NCBI GenBank assembly: GCA_963806535.1
Contig: CAWDYC010000009.1
Span: 64,001-128,000, forward strand
DNA from: Candidatus Bathyarchaeota archaeon
Lineage (GTDB): Archaea > Thermoproteota > Bathyarchaeia > Bathyarchaeales > Bathycorpusculaceae
Direction of reading: 5' to 3'
DNA: 64,000 nt
In this document: positions 1 through 11,960 of the stretch, one piece after another
Position numbering within the stretch: the first letter of the stretch is position 1
Layout: every line of letters begins with the position of its first letter
Translations under genes and position numbers: made by a program
Notes under the pieces: model-generated
Database searches by the model: none
What the model saw: only the letters and a program-made list of their open reading frames with translations
Told to the model about the DNA's origin: nothing

Positions 1-545
1 GGATCTAAAAGTCCTATTTTTTCCATTATTGGTCGTTTTATTGCCAATGCAGTTCCAGCAACGTAATCTACTTCATCGATTTCATCATACTGACCATTAT
101 CTTCCTCTGTTCCACCTATAGGAAGAGTGTAACCAGCAGGGTGAACATTAAATCCAATACTTTGAATTATTTTTGTGTTAGGATAATATATTTTACAGCC
201 TACAACACCTACTTCATTGCTTTCCATAGCCTTCATAATTTCTTCCAACCAATTCTTATCAACGTAAGTATCTTGATTTAGAAGCACAATAATATCACCC
301 TTAGACTTCTCAGCCGCAAAATTATTGCCCAAGCTAAAACCAAGATTTACGCTACTTTCTATCAAGGTTACACTCGGGAAAATATCTTTAACCAGTTGTT
401 GACTTCCATCGTTGCTTTTGTTATCAAAGACTATGACTTCCAGTAAAGGATAACTTGTTTTCAGCACACTATTTAGGCATTCTCGAACATATTCCTTGCC
501 ATTATAACTTAAGATAATTATCGAAATGAGTGGGAATCTCTTCAT
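1..545 (-). CDS. glycosyltransferase family 2 (partial, runs off the window)
   Basis: Manual translation from ATG at 545: MKRFPLISIIILSYNGKEYVRECLNSV...VFDNKSNDGS...NLGFSLGNN...LLNQD, a GT-A signature. Confidence 0.85.
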   Translation of the reverse strand, partial: MKRFPLISIIILSYNGKEYVRECLNSVLKTSYPLLEVIVFDNKSNDGSQQLVKDIFPSVTLIESSVNLGFSLGNNFAAEKSKGDIIVLLNQDTYVDKNWLEEIMKAMESNEVGVVGCKIYYPNTKIIQSIGFNVHPAGYTLPIGGTEEDNGQYDEIDEVDYVAGTALAIKRPIMEKIGLLD

Positions 546-1315
546 ATTATCCGCCTTTTGTTAGTTTTTTAGACTTTCTTAGGATACTCATAGGATTATT
601 TAATGAGAACTTTAAGGTAAGCTCTTATATTTCCAATTTAATGTGCCGAAAAATTTTCCCAGTTTTTGAAATAATCTTAATTTCCGGATTCTGAAATCGG
701 CTGCTTCGACGCTTCAAAAACAATCATTTGTTTAAGGAAGCTAAGAAATTCGATTTTGTCAAGTAACTTTCTCGAATAATATCCAAACAGGGACAAAACA
801 ATGCAATATTTTTGAATTTGGACTATTGATTCTCCATTCGCTGTCTAATGGCGTATCTGGGTACATCAAAATGTTTGGAGTTAACATAGTTTTCTTGAAC
901 AAACGAACGATATACCATGGAGTCAGTCTTGAATGCCTTTGGTAATGCACTCCCACATACTTGACAAAAGGTTTGGCTTGGAATGCTGGACATTGTATCC
1001 AGAAATATCAGTGGGTTTAATTGATTAGTTGTACAACCAAAAAACATTCTACAACATATCGATAATCAACAAATTTGTAGGACGAAAAGTGTCTATAATG
1101 AGCGAATTTCCGTCCATTAATTTATATCTAGCATCTTCTATATTACTCCGTGACAGCATATTGATAAATATTTTCATAAAAAATTTATGTTACAAATATT
1201 GGATTATTTTCAAGAATTTTATGTTAATGCATACCTTTGTTAATATTCAATCTGAATTCTCATTTTTCGCGTTATTTCTTGGCAAAAATGATTAGTTCTT
1301 GCGAATGCTAGTTTT

Positions 1316-2575
1316 CTAATTATTGGTTTGTGCGTTAAATATTGCATGTTCATAAACTTTCTCAATTTTCGAAACTATTTTATCCCAATCATAGTTTTTG
1401 AAAATAAACGTACGACCTCTTGTGCCCATTTCTTTCTGCAATTTTTCATCTTCCAACAAAAAGTGCAAGGTGTTCGAAAGTTCTTCAACATCTGAATGTT
1501 TTACTGCAAAACCGAATTTTCCTTCCAAAATTATTTTGCTAATTGCGTTGTCTTTGCTAACTATTACGGGAGTTGAGCAAGCTGCAGCTTCAAGAGGCAC
1601 TAACCCAAACACATTTCTTGGCTCAACATTAACGACAACAGACGAATCTACAAAGGCTGAAATCTTTTCCTTTTTTGACAGCCCTCCTGTCAGAAGCACT
1701 TTATCTGCAAGTCTAAATGCATTAACTAGATTTTTCAATTCATCTAAATACCCATCGTCTTTTCCGGAGATGACAAGCAAAGTATCACGAAAATCTTCTT
1801 TTCCGCAAATAGTAGCAAACGCATTAATCAAAAAATCGATACCCTTGCTTTTGGTTATTCTACCAATATACAAAATCAATTTTTTGTTAATCGGGATGCT
1901 ATATTTTTGTTTGAATACACCCTTAGATGGCAAATTAAAATAATCGGATAAATCAACTCCATTAGGAATAATTTCAATTGCTTTGCTGTCTACCCCTAAA
2001 TCAAGGTATTGTTTAGCTTCTAAAGAGCTTAAAGCGATAACCTTTGAAGAATTTTTAATTACTTTACGCGCGAAACTCCAGTCTAAGATGCCTTTTGAAA
2101 CAATTCTTGTCGTTTCGTCACTAGTCTTAACAAAAGATCCGTGAGCGTGGACAACGTAAGGAATACCAAATTTTTTAGCGAAATAACTGATTATTATTCC
2201 TTGAAATGATCGAGGATCATGAATGTGTATTATGTCATAGTTCTTAAGAGATTTTATGGTGGAAGATATTACGGTTGGGGTAACAAAAAAAGTGTAATAA
2301 TGAAATAAATAGGGAAAATAGTATACTTTCAAACCATCAATAAATAACGACTTGCGAAAACCTATTTTAGTAACTGGAGCATTAACTGCGGCTTCGTGTT
2401 CCAAAACGTAAGAAGTATATACATCTACAGTGTGCCCACGCTTTACTAGTTGATTGCCTATATTGTAAACAACTTGGGTTACACCTCCTCCGAAAGAAGA
2501 AGGATCCGGAGGGAATAATGGGCATACATGTAACACTCTCATTTTACAACGCACATCCGAGAAATATTGAATCAT
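1316..2575 (-). CDS. glycosyltransferase family 4 (GT-B)
   Basis: MRVLHVCP..GG, IIPNGVD, GRITKSKG, FGLVPLEAAACSTPVI motifs; start may be 2542. Confidence 0.9.
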   Translation of the reverse strand: MIQYFSDVRCKMRVLHVCPLFPPDPSSFGGGVTQVVYNIGNQLVKRGHTVDVYTSYVLEHEAAVNAPVTKIGFRKSLFIDGLKVYYFPYLFHYYTFFVTPTVISSTIKSLKNYDIIHIHDPRSFQGIIISYFAKKFGIPYVVHAHGSFVKTSDETTRIVSKGILDWSFARKVIKNSSKVIALSSLEAKQYLDLGVDSKAIEIIPNGVDLSDYFNLPSKGVFKQKYSIPINKKLILYIGRITKSKGIDFLINAFATICGKEDFRDTLLVISGKDDGYLDELKNLVNAFRLADKVLLTGGLSKKEKISAFVDSSVVVNVEPRNVFGLVPLEAAACSTPVIVSKDNAISKIILEGKFGFAVKHSDVEELSNTLHFLLEDEKLQKEMGTRGRTFIFKNYDWDKIVSKIEKVYEHAIFNAQTNN

Positions 2576-2606
2576 AAGATTGTAAATGCTTGATTAAACT
2601 CGTGAA

Positions 2607-4059
2607 TTACCTTTTTGCTTTGAAGTTCTGCGGGAGCTTAAAATGCATATTAGGGAGTTCATCGAAACTCAACTGTCTGTTTTGTCCATCCTCGGAAAAT
2701 ATTATTGATACATCATCGAAATTATTGGATGCATCCTAATAGAGGTATGGAACATAACTTTCAATTCCCATAGCTTGGCCCCAACCTTGTCTACCAGTAA
2801 AGGGTCCATACTACAAATGATAGTTCCACAATGTTTTTGATTGGGAGCTAACGGACCATCCCCTTCGCCACCAAGAATACCGTCAACAACTGCAAAGACT
2901 TTCCGTTGAGGCACATCTCGAATGTTACCAGCACTATCAGCGTAAATAGAGATTTTACTTACATCTTGAACGGCACGCCAAATGGATTATTTCCATACCA
3001 ATGACCGCTGTGTATTAAATTTGGTTTACTTGAAATAGGTACTGCACCGCCCAAATTACGTTGACCGCCACACGACTTAACAAATAGTCTATACGAGTTA
3101 GTTCCTGTATTGCGGCTTAGTAACAGATCTTCATACATTCGGTTGAACCTTCGAAGAAAAAAATCTTTTGTTTTGGCTTTGTCAGGAAACTCGTCGCCTC
3201 CTCTCGGAGGCGGGCCAACTCTGTAATGCACAAGTGAATTTTTTGCACCTATTATTCCCACCATGTTTTTTTGGGCTAATGTAATGCCTGATTTCATATG
3301 TGTTTTAAGTTTGGGTATACTAATTATTACATCCGATTCTAAAACTGTTTTTGATATTACGTATATATGATGATTTTCATTATGATAAATTTTTGTTTCC
3401 TGTCTATTATAATGAGCTCCATAGAATTTATCGCAATAAGTATCCAGTTCAGCTACTTTGCTGCCTTTTCCAAGATCTACTTCAGCATCCCTTTAGAATC
3501 CCCTGCCAAAGGCGTTTTTGCCATAACGACTCCATTAGTGAGAGCAACTTTATATTTTCGTAGATCCCTTAACTCGATAGGAACTGAAAATTTGTTAACT
3601 ATATAGTCTACTAATTCCTGCAGACCAGTCAAATTTGTTATTGTTGCAAAATTTGCTTCGCTCTGCGGGGTGTCAGCAACGACAATTTTACCTGATTCAC
3701 CAGTGGCTTTGAAAACATAGTCAATCATTGCTCTTACGATGGATGCGTGTACTATCACTGCGAAAATTGATTCGCCAGAATTGTTCTTATCATAAACCAA
3801 ATTAGGTTTAATGAGAACTTTATCGCCTTTATTTATTAACTTTGATAAAGGTGACTAATTCGCGATGCCATAGTTTTTCAAATCTAGTATTTAAAAGCCT
3901 GAGCGAATTTCTGATAGCAGAATAAACCAAATTATTATCATCAAATTTATCCGCGAATGGAGATTCAGGATATTTTTTCGGTGGATTAAAAGGTATTTGA
4001 TTTGGGTAATGCAACTTTCTATCTTTGAAAATCGCAATTGAATTTGTCGCTTTTTCCAT
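2607..4059 (-). CDS. DUF362 domain protein, split by several indels
   Basis: Fragments 3829-4059, 3477-3800, 2959-3297 and 2702-2914 join into KVLIKPNLV, IVVADTPQ, PKLKTHMKSGITLAQKNMVG, VVDGILGGEGDGP. Confidence 0.75.
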
Positions 4060-4110
4060 TCAATACCCTCCTATCTTGGTTTCTAGACACTTTATTAAGT
4101 GAACTGTTGG

Positions 4111-5199
4111 TCATAATGTGTCTAAATAATTAAGTAATCTTGAACTGAGCAATAATTCGTTCGATAAACTCCCTTTAAATAATGATACCCAATTCAATTT
4201 AATTAAGAGAAGAACTTTTTTAATTACTGCAGAATTAATCACTATATTGTTAGTTTCTACAGTGTCATACGCAAAATTTGTCCTAAAAATTAGTTGCATT
4301 TGATAATTTTTATCCATATAAATTGGAATTAATGAATAAGAAAGTTGACCATCCTCCCGTATTTTGATTTGTATTATAGCTGAAAGCTTCGTAAGGCTAA
4401 ACAACTTTGCAGGCATTTTTAGAGGGTACAACATTGGATCAAATATGAAATTGCCCAAGCTGTACGCAATTATTTTATTTCGATAAATTTCTACAGGTTG
4501 CAAAACGTGAGGATGATGTCCTATGATGATATCAGCTCCACGGTCAATAGAAAACCGAGCTATTGATTTCTGGAAGTGAGTGGGAATCGAAGAAAATTCG
4601 CGGCCGAAGTGAAGGGAAACAATAACTGTATCAGCTTGTTTTTTCAAGGAAACAATATCTTGTTTTAATAGAAATTTCCAAATTGGTGCGCACCCACATT
4701 CTTTTCTAGTTGCCTCATACGTGAACGAATAAGCTAAAAAGCCTAATTTTCTTGACTTAATATTTAGTAGAACAGGTTTTCTAGCTATCGATAAATTTTC
4801 TCCGGCGCCGACATAATAAAGTCCAGAGTTAGTCAGAATTTCTCTTGTCTCAGCCAAACCCTGTCGTCCATAGTCAATAATGTGGTTATTAGCCAGAGAA
4901 ACGATATCCATTGGCATTTTTTTTAGTAAAGATGCAGTCTTCAATTCCGATTTAAGAAATACCCTTTTTCCGTTTGAATCGTCAAAAAGTTTTGAATAAT
5001 GACAATTATTCTTTTGAATTGAAGAAGTTATAGGGGTTTCGAGGTTTCCAAATCTTAAATCGGCTTTCGATAGAATTGAACTAACATTTTCAAGCGGATG
5101 TTTAGGTCGCAAAAAGCAATCACATATTCTCTTTGTAAGTGCAATATCGCCGACTGCCATAATTGTCAGTTCTGTCAATTTCATCGCCTTTGAAAACAA
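4111..5199 (-). CDS. CapA/PGA_cap family metallophosphatase
   Basis: AVGDI, GNLETP, SLANNHIIDYG, SLHFGRE, IIGHHPHVLQ, YSLGNFIFD. Confidence 0.9.
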   Translation of the reverse strand: MFSKAMKLTELTIMAVGDIALTKRICDCFLRPKHPLENVSSILSKADLRFGNLETPITSSIQKNNCHYSKLFDDSNGKRVFLKSELKTASLLKKMPMDIVSLANNHIIDYGRQGLAETREILTNSGLYYVGAGENLSIARKPVLLNIKSRKLGFLAYSFTYEATRKECGCAPIWKFLLKQDIVSLKKQADTVIVSLHFGREFSSIPTHFQKSIARFSIDRGADIIIGHHPHVLQPVEIYRNKIIAYSLGNFIFDPMLYPLKMPAKLFSLTKLSAIIQIKIREDGQLSYSLIPIYMDKNYQMQLIFRTNFAYDTVETNNIVINSAVIKKVLLLIKLNWVSLFKGSLSNELLLSSRLLNYLDTL

Positions 5200-5263
5200 T
5201 ACTATTAAGATTATTATTTAGATGGGGTTTAATTCAATTAAAGTTAATTTTTAGAGCACTATT

Positions 5264-6655
5264 TTATTTTCCGAGAGATGCCCACCACTCTGAAAGATCT
5301 AGTTTCTGGATAAGAAGTTTGGTTTTTCCCATAGGCGTCAACTCAATTTCCGAATCACAATCTATACTTATATCCAATTCGTTTCCTACCTTACTTTTGA
5401 AAGTCTTCATTATTCTTTGCTTGTCCTCTGAAACAAACGAGGGTCCAGGTTTGATCTTTATAACGAAGCCCCCAACGTGATCTTGGTAAAACTGATAATC
5501 GTAAAGCTTGTCCAGTTCTTCGGTGTGAATATTTAGAGCAGCCAATGAAATTAATGAACCGCGTTTTCCCACAACCATTTCTTGAAGCCTGCGTCCACTA
5601 ACACTTTCCAAAATAGTGCAATGTCTTCCACAAATGCATTTTTGATCTCTTGACAATGTAGCGTAATCGTCCGTACGATATCTAATTAAGGGCATTGCGA
5701 AATTGTAAAAACCAGTTCCAACCAGTTCGCCTGCCTCACCACTTTCCTCCATAACGCTACCGTCTTTTCCAATTAACTCCGTAAAGCCGTACTGAGGAAA
5801 GATATGATATCTTTTTGAATGCTCACATTCTCCACCTAGTATAACTTTCTCGCTTTGACCGTACCAGGAAAAAGCCCTTGCATGAAACGCTTTTTCTATT
5901 AACTCCGATTGCCGAAAATATACCTTTTCTGAACATAATAAAATGGCTTTAATCGAAGGCAAATTTATCTCGTTGTTTTCTAAAATATACTTTGAGATGA
6001 TTGTTATTGCGGAAGGATAACCGTATACAAACTTTGGTTTCCACTTTCGAATTCGCTCTAGGTAAAGAGGCAGGGTTTGAGTATTCATCTGAAATGGTGA
6101 CATCGCCAATGCATTGAAAACGGGCTCATATCTCCAGAATTGATTTCCAAAACGGTTGCTTCCGCCTTTGAAAGCAACTATTCTATCTCCAAGTTCATAA
6201 CCAACTCGTTGCCATAACGATGTTATATACGCCCACTCTATTGCATAAAGAGAATTGCTAACATAGAAGCGCAATTGTTTGCCCGAAGAACCGCCTGTTG
6301 AATCAACATAGGCGTTACGAAAGTGAATGTTCGCAGACACTAACTTCGAAAAGTTTTCTAAAACATCAGCTTTTTCTAGAAGTGGAAATCTCTTGATGTC
6401 ATTGAACGCTTCGCCCTGCAACTTTATGTTTTTGTATAGAGGTATGTTTTTGACGGCATAAGAGAGTATGTCATTGAGGGCGTGTTTTTGGTATTTTTGT
6501 AATCGCTGGCTATTCCATTTTTCGCTTTCAAGAATAAAATTCGCGGTATCGGAAAATTTTTTCCCTCCTAACCTATATTTTATTGGAACAGCATTCATCA
6601 GTCTCAGTATATTAGACGGCAAATGATAATAGGTTCGCTTAAGTTGACTGAACAT
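5264..6655 (-). CDS. phenylacetate-CoA ligase-like / CapK family ANL enzyme
   Basis: STGGSSG P-loop, YGYPSA, YGQSE, MPLIRYRTDD. Confidence 0.85.
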   Translation of the reverse strand: MFSQLKRTYYHLPSNILRLMNAVPIKYRLGGKKFSDTANFILESEKWNSQRLQKYQKHALNDILSYAVKNIPLYKNIKLQGEAFNDIKRFPLLEKADVLENFSKLVSANIHFRNAYVDSTGGSSGKQLRFYVSNSLYAIEWAYITSLWQRVGYELGDRIVAFKGGSNRFGNQFWRYEPVFNALAMSPFQMNTQTLPLYLERIRKWKPKFVYGYPSAITIISKYILENNEINLPSIKAILLCSEKVYFRQSELIEKAFHARAFSWYGQSEKVILGGECEHSKRYHIFPQYGFTELIGKDGSVMEESGEAGELVGTGFYNFAMPLIRYRTDDYATLSRDQKCICGRHCTILESVSGRRLQEMVVGKRGSLISLAALNIHTEELDKLYDYQFYQDHVGGFVIKIKPGPSFVSEDKQRIMKTFKSKVGNELDISIDCDSEIELTPMGKTKLLIQKLDLSEWWASLGK

Positions 6656-6736
6656 TTTGACACACCTACGACTTCTTTTTAGAAGATTAGTAAAAATTTT
6701 TGGCGCTGATTCTTTAGCGCCTATTTTTAGAATAAA

Positions 6737-7778
6737 TCAGTTTTTAGGTAGCTTTTTGACAATTTCGTTGAGAACTCTGACGGTTTCTCTTCCTTCTTCA
6801 GGGGTTACTGGTACTGGAAGGTTATCAACGATGCTTTCAACAAACCTCTGAACCATGATATCGTGACCAAGCATTGGCTTTCGCGCCAGCATTCTAACTG
6901 CATTTGACGAAACACCTCTGATGGTTTGACTAGCCGTACCCAATGGAAGAGGCTGCGACGGCTGTTGGTTTCAATTCTCTGTTTTTTCCTTGCGTAACAA
7001 TCATGCTTAGCAAGTCGATTTTGACTGCGTTATCTGTTCCAAAAATATTAACTTCCTCTTTTGCAACACTGTTAGCATGTGAGACACAAATAGTACTATC
7101 AATATTTTCGCCCACAAGGTTTATTCTGTAATCGTCATATAAAACCCAGGGGTAATCTGATGTTTTTCTAGCGGAAACGTAAATCTCTTTCACGTTTTTT
7201 ACAAAAGCTAATGAAAGGTAAATAATATGGGGACCAGTTTCACCTATTATTCCACCTGGCAGTTTGTGGATCCAGTGTTTTTCGTGAACTATATATTCCT
7301 CTCTTGGTGTAAGGAGGGTTATTGTCATACCCGTCAGTTTTCCGATGTTACCCTCTTCTACAAGTTTTTGTACTTCCAGAAATGGTGGGTAAAACATTTG
7401 ATTGTGTACAATACTAAGTTTCTTCCCTGAACGTTTTGCGGCTTCAATCATTTCGTCACAATCTGAAACGCTAAGAGCCATTGGTTTCTCCATTAGAACA
7501 TTACAGCCAGCGTCCAATGCTTGAACCGCAACTGACACGTGTGCCGCTGGAGGAGTACAAATATCCACAATACTCAAGTTTTCATTGGATAACATTTCGG
7601 AAACGCTTGAATATGATTTTGGAATAGAAAATTGTTGAGCCACAGTGTCGGCCAATGTCTTGTTCAGATCACAGACCGCTACAATTTTTGCCTGTTTTGA
7701 TATTCTATGGAAACTTGGGATATGTCTTTTTTGAGATACGAATCCGCATCCTACTATTCCAATTCTGAGTTGGTTCAT
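6737..7778 (-). CDS. Gfo/Idh/MocA oxidoreductase (frameshift near 6940)
   Basis: IGIVGCG, ICTPPAAH, EKPMA; the C-terminal fragment 6737-6943 ends PVTPEEGRETVRVL. Confidence 0.85.
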
Positions 7779-7984
7779 CAATAATTTCTCCAATGTGACG
7801 TTAATATTTTTAACTTTACTTTTGATTGAATTCTTAAACTTTATTGCTATTGTATACATAATGTCGAAAGGGTATTTCTCCGAGCCCAGATACGCTTCAA
7901 GACCTTGATCAAAATGTCAACAAATCTAGGCCCGAAGCGCAAAACAAGAACTCAAGGAATTTGAGATAAGAACTGGAATTAGAT

Positions 7985-9163
7985 TTATTGAACACTTTTT
8001 ATGGCGTCAATTATTTCTTTTGCTCTATGTTTAAAAGTGTGTTCTTTGAGCACTCTTTGCCTTGCTGCTGTACCTAGCCGAATTCTCAATTCCTCGTCCG
8101 CCAAAAGCGAACTGTATAATTCTGAAAGATCTTCATCTTCTTTCGCCATCAGAACTTCTTTGCCTACGTCAAACCATTCATCTATGCCGTTATATGGATT
8201 TGATACTACACAGCAGCCCATGCTTGCTAACTCAAAGATTCTAGATATTGCTGAAGCATATACGGTAGCATGCGGTTTTCGTACAATATTGAGGTTTATT
8301 TTCGTCTGGCATGAAAAGCGTCGGTAGGTGGATTTGCTCGCGTCTATAACGCGAACTGAACCTAAATTCATGTTGAAGGCACGGCCGCAAATTGCAAATT
8401 TGCCCTCTCCAGATTTACCAAATTTTTCTGCAGGATTTACAAGTAGCCGAGTAATCCATTCTTCTCTTAGCTTACTTCCGATACCGTAAAATCCAGCATT
8501 GTATTTTGGTTTTATTGCGTCCATTGGACAAAATACACTTGGGTCCGCACCCCAGTAAACTGTGAATACCTTGTTGGCGCCTAGTGCTTCTATTTCTTTC
8601 GCTGCACCTTTGGAATTAATTATGAACGCATCATACTCTGAAGGATCAGCATTATTATAGAAACTGAATGAAAGCCCACCGTATGAGGGCAAACTTGTTG
8701 GAGTATCCCCATCATAGAATAAAATAGGAATGTCAAATTCCTTTTTGATTATTGACGGAACGCCTGCAAATTGGTTGAGGGGCACAGTCAAAACAAGTAC
8801 AGCATCGACATTACCTTCTTTTTCAATTACAGAACTCAAATATTTAGTCCATTTCTTTGCAACAGTTTTCTTCGCCAAGAAACGAAGAAGTTTCTGGTTC
8901 TTCTGTCGGAAATCCATCTTGTTTTTTGCCAACCCAAATTTAGTTGCAAAGTTTTCCACATTGTTGTAGAGCCGATTTTTCCAAAGGTTAGGGTTTTCGT
9001 GGGTTGTCCACCACAATGACTGAATAGCTCTGTTGTAATATGGGACTGCTACGATTTCAGCGCCAACTTCATGTAACCCTTTAAGAATTTGCCACCACGC
9101 GGGGGTAATTCCTAATTCCTTATCTGAGATATCTAAGCTTTGACAAACAGCTAATATTTTCAA
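7985..9163 (-). CDS. CgeB/YkvP-like glycosyltransferase
   Basis: KINLNI..R, SRIFELASMG, RVLKEHTFKHRA. Confidence 0.8.
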   Translation of the reverse strand: MKILAVCQSLDISDKELGITPAWWQILKGLHEVGAEIVAVPYYNRAIQSLWWTTHENPNLWKNRLYNNVENFATKFGLAKNKMDFRQKNQKLLRFLAKKTVAKKWTKYLSSVIEKEGNVDAVLVLTVPLNQFAGVPSIIKKEFDIPILFYDGDTPTSLPSYGGLSFSFYNNADPSEYDAFIINSKGAAKEIEALGANKVFTVYWGADPSVFCPMDAIKPKYNAGFYGIGSKLREEWITRLLVNPAEKFGKSGEGKFAICGRAFNMNLGSVRVIDASKSTYRRFSCQTKINLNIVRKPHATVYASAISRIFELASMGCCVVSNPYNGIDEWFDVGKEVLMAKEDEDLSELYSSLLADEELRIRLGTAARQRVLKEHTFKHRAKEIIDAIKSVQ

Positions 9164-9529
9164 TATTTAATTTCCCCTAATCGCAGATTTCTTGAAAAAC
9201 CTTTCTTCCATTAAGCGAGGTTTTCGTTAAGCTATCACAATTAATGTCTGTGTCTTGCAAACGATTGCCATTATTTGATAAAATAAGAATTCGTTGAAGA
9301 TTTATGTTCGTAGTCGAAGTTTCCCTAATTGTTGTTACTTAATGACAGCCACGAACATCTAAAAGCGAAATCTTCGATTATTTAACACAAAGGCAACAAG
9401 GTAAAGTTAAGTAAATTTCGAGGTTTTACTATCATTTAGCAACAAATACAAGCTTTTGATAAAGAACTAGGTGACAAAAACGAAAAAGAAAGAAAAATAT
9501 TCTTGTTTATACAATACGGGCGATATTGA

Positions 9530-10553
9530 TTACATTCCATTTAAGGTGGAGTCTGAACGGCGCACAAAATAGCCTTTATATGTTTTTGTTGCTTGTCTTA
9601 TGGCAACTTGTTCTTCTATCCAACTATAAGTTTTTGCAAGTCCATCTTCAAGCGATACTTGTGGTTCCCATTTCAGCACTTTTTTGACAAGAGTTAAATC
9701 CGCGTTTCTTCCTCGAACTCCCTGCGGCGCTGAAAGATCATATGTCTTTGATATCTTCTTTCCAGAAATCTTTATTACCATATCTGCTAATGTCATTTAT
9801 GCTTACGAGCCTATCTGAACCTATGTTTATGGGTTTATCATAATCTGATTCCATCAGAGCATTGTTCCTTTAACAGCATCATCAACATAACAATACGATC
9901 GGGTTTGTTTTCCGTCGCCCCAAATATCGATTGTTCCAGGATTTGTGGCTTCAGCGACTTTTCGGCAGATGGCAGCAGGTGATTTTTCTCTTCCGCCTTT
10001 ATAGGTTCCTTCGGGACCGTAAATATTATGATAGCGAAGCACGCGTATGTTCATTTTGTAGTCACGTTGATAAGCTTCACATAATTTTTCTGTGTAAAGT
10101 TTTTCCCAGCCATAGAAGTTGTCTGGATCAGCTGGATAAGCATCTTCTTCTTTTAGTCCCGTCAATTTAGGGTCTTGTTTGGCGATAGGTTGGGTAAACA
10201 CATGCTGATGAAGTGTACAAGTATCGTTTTACTTTGTTTTTTCTGGCTGCTTCAAGCATGAATGTATTAATCAGAACGTTGTCATGCATAACTTCAGCGC
10301 CAATTTCTGTGATGAAGCCAATTCCACCCATGTTGGCTGCAAGATTGTAGACTTTGTCCATGCCTTCTGTGGCTTTGAGACAGTTTTCCCAAACTCTAAG
10401 GTCCAATGTCAGCTTCTCAGAGTAATACTTCTCTTTCAGATAGTCGTCGAATTTTATGTCAGCTATTCGTACAAAGTTTCCTTGTTTTTTTAGGGTTCTT
10501 GCTAAATGGCTTCCGACGAAGCCTCCGCCACCAGTGACTAATATTCGGTCCAT
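9530..10553 (-). CDS. NAD-dependent epimerase, GDP-mannose 3,5-epimerase-like (frameshifted)
   Basis: TGGGGFVG, NLAANMGGIGFI, SSACVYP, YGWEK, GGREKSPAAICRK, PQGVRGRN spread over three frames. Confidence 0.85.
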
Positions 10554-10679
10554 TTTTTCTACATCCAGCTTTACTTTTTATTCTTTGAACTGTCATTTAA
10601 CTGATATTTCTAAAATGCAAATATTCCAAAATAAAAATGCGATCTCCCTTAATCTCTGGCTTAGGATGCAAGTGAAATG

Positions 10680-11270
10680 CTTGTAAGGTTTAGCAATCAG
10701 GTGAACAGAACGGTTATTATATTCGAATTGAATTTGATTTGTTATTGTAAATCCACAATTCCATGAGAAGTTGATAAGGGTATATTGTCACCTTTGAATT
10801 CCAAAGGGAAGGTTTGTCAACATTAATGATATTTTCATTTATGGTCATCTTGTTAATTAGCGATTGATTCCCATTTATCGACGCCGCTGAAAATGAAAAG
10901 TTCAAGGGGATTTCGTGAGTTTGGTTATCTTGAACAATGAAGCTACACTCATATATTGGTTGAAGAGTACTCGGCATGCCAATTGTAACGTTTGGCAACG
11001 GGTCAGTTTGATTAAGAAGTTTCAAGTATAGCACGAAATATGCTGAGGAACCCAAATGGTTTCCAATGTCTACGTACACTGAATAATTTTGACCTGTAGC
11101 GATGTCAAAAGGATAGTTCTAGCAATGTGCTTTGGACCTAAAATATAAAGCTCTGAAAATAGCTCTTGGTTTGGAGCACGAATAAAGTTGCTAAGAGCTG
11201 GAGTTGTAATAAGCAAAATGCCAATTAAGCTTATAGAGACGAAAATAAGTTTAAAATCATGAATGTTCAT
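10680..11270 (-). CDS. DUF1616-like membrane-anchored protein (frameshifted; end approximate)
   Basis: N-terminal TM segment, then ELFSELYILGP, IGNHLGSSAYF, LLMELWIYN. Confidence 0.6.
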
Positions 11271-11775
11271 TAATTGGTTCCCTCTGGTTTTGCTTCATAC
11301 AAATATTTAATGTAGTTCCGTTTAACCCAGCGCCAAATTAGAAACAAAGCTAAAACAAAAACGAAAACACTAATTACGGTAAACGCTATTGTGGTAAAAA
11401 AAACTATTTTGATTTGAAATTAAAGTACTTTGTTTAATATTTTGAGCTGCAGTTTTAACTTGGTTTGTCATTCGGGATTACGCTATTTGCTTTGACCAGT
11501 GCTGTGTTGAAATCTCCGATTCGGTAAGAGTTTTCTGCTTGAGACAGAATAAATGAGGCATTATTTATCTGAGACAGCAAACCATTGACGTTTGCACCTG
11601 ATTTTTCAGCATCCAAAACAGCATTAAAAGCCTGATTGACTGAGTCTTTGGCCGCATTAAGTTGTGATTCAGCTTGATTTGTCTGTGCAATCGCGGTTTG
11701 AGCACCAAAAAAGAAGATACTTAACGTCAATAGACTATGCAAACTCATGCCTGAAAGCTTGCGGTGAGAGGTCAT
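11270..11775 (-). CDS. hypothetical secreted/membrane helical protein (frameshifted)
   Basis: Signal-like N-terminus and AFNAVLDAEKSGANV helical bundle; a TM tail lies in another frame. Confidence 0.5.
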
Positions 11776-11960
11776 TTGTTTTGCGCCGGATTCATGATAG
11801 ATGAAACCGTATGGTTACAATTCTTCACGTTTATGTTAAGTGTTCTGGCAGTGCCAAGTATGTCAAAAACTAATGGCTTAAGCATTTTAGCGCTTTCTGT
11901 TCATAATATAATATATATTGGTCAAATGACTTTTCTATTCATAACAGAAGGTTTTGTTCA

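Noticed and set aside
560-1300. Short ORFs between the two glycosyltransferases
   Set aside because: Possibly a degraded or error-ridden gene, but no family motif could be recognised.
1398-1943. Long antisense ORFs (also 8001-8327, 37509-37883, 42100-42492 and others)
   Set aside because: They are shadow frames opposite well-supported genes and carry no motifs.
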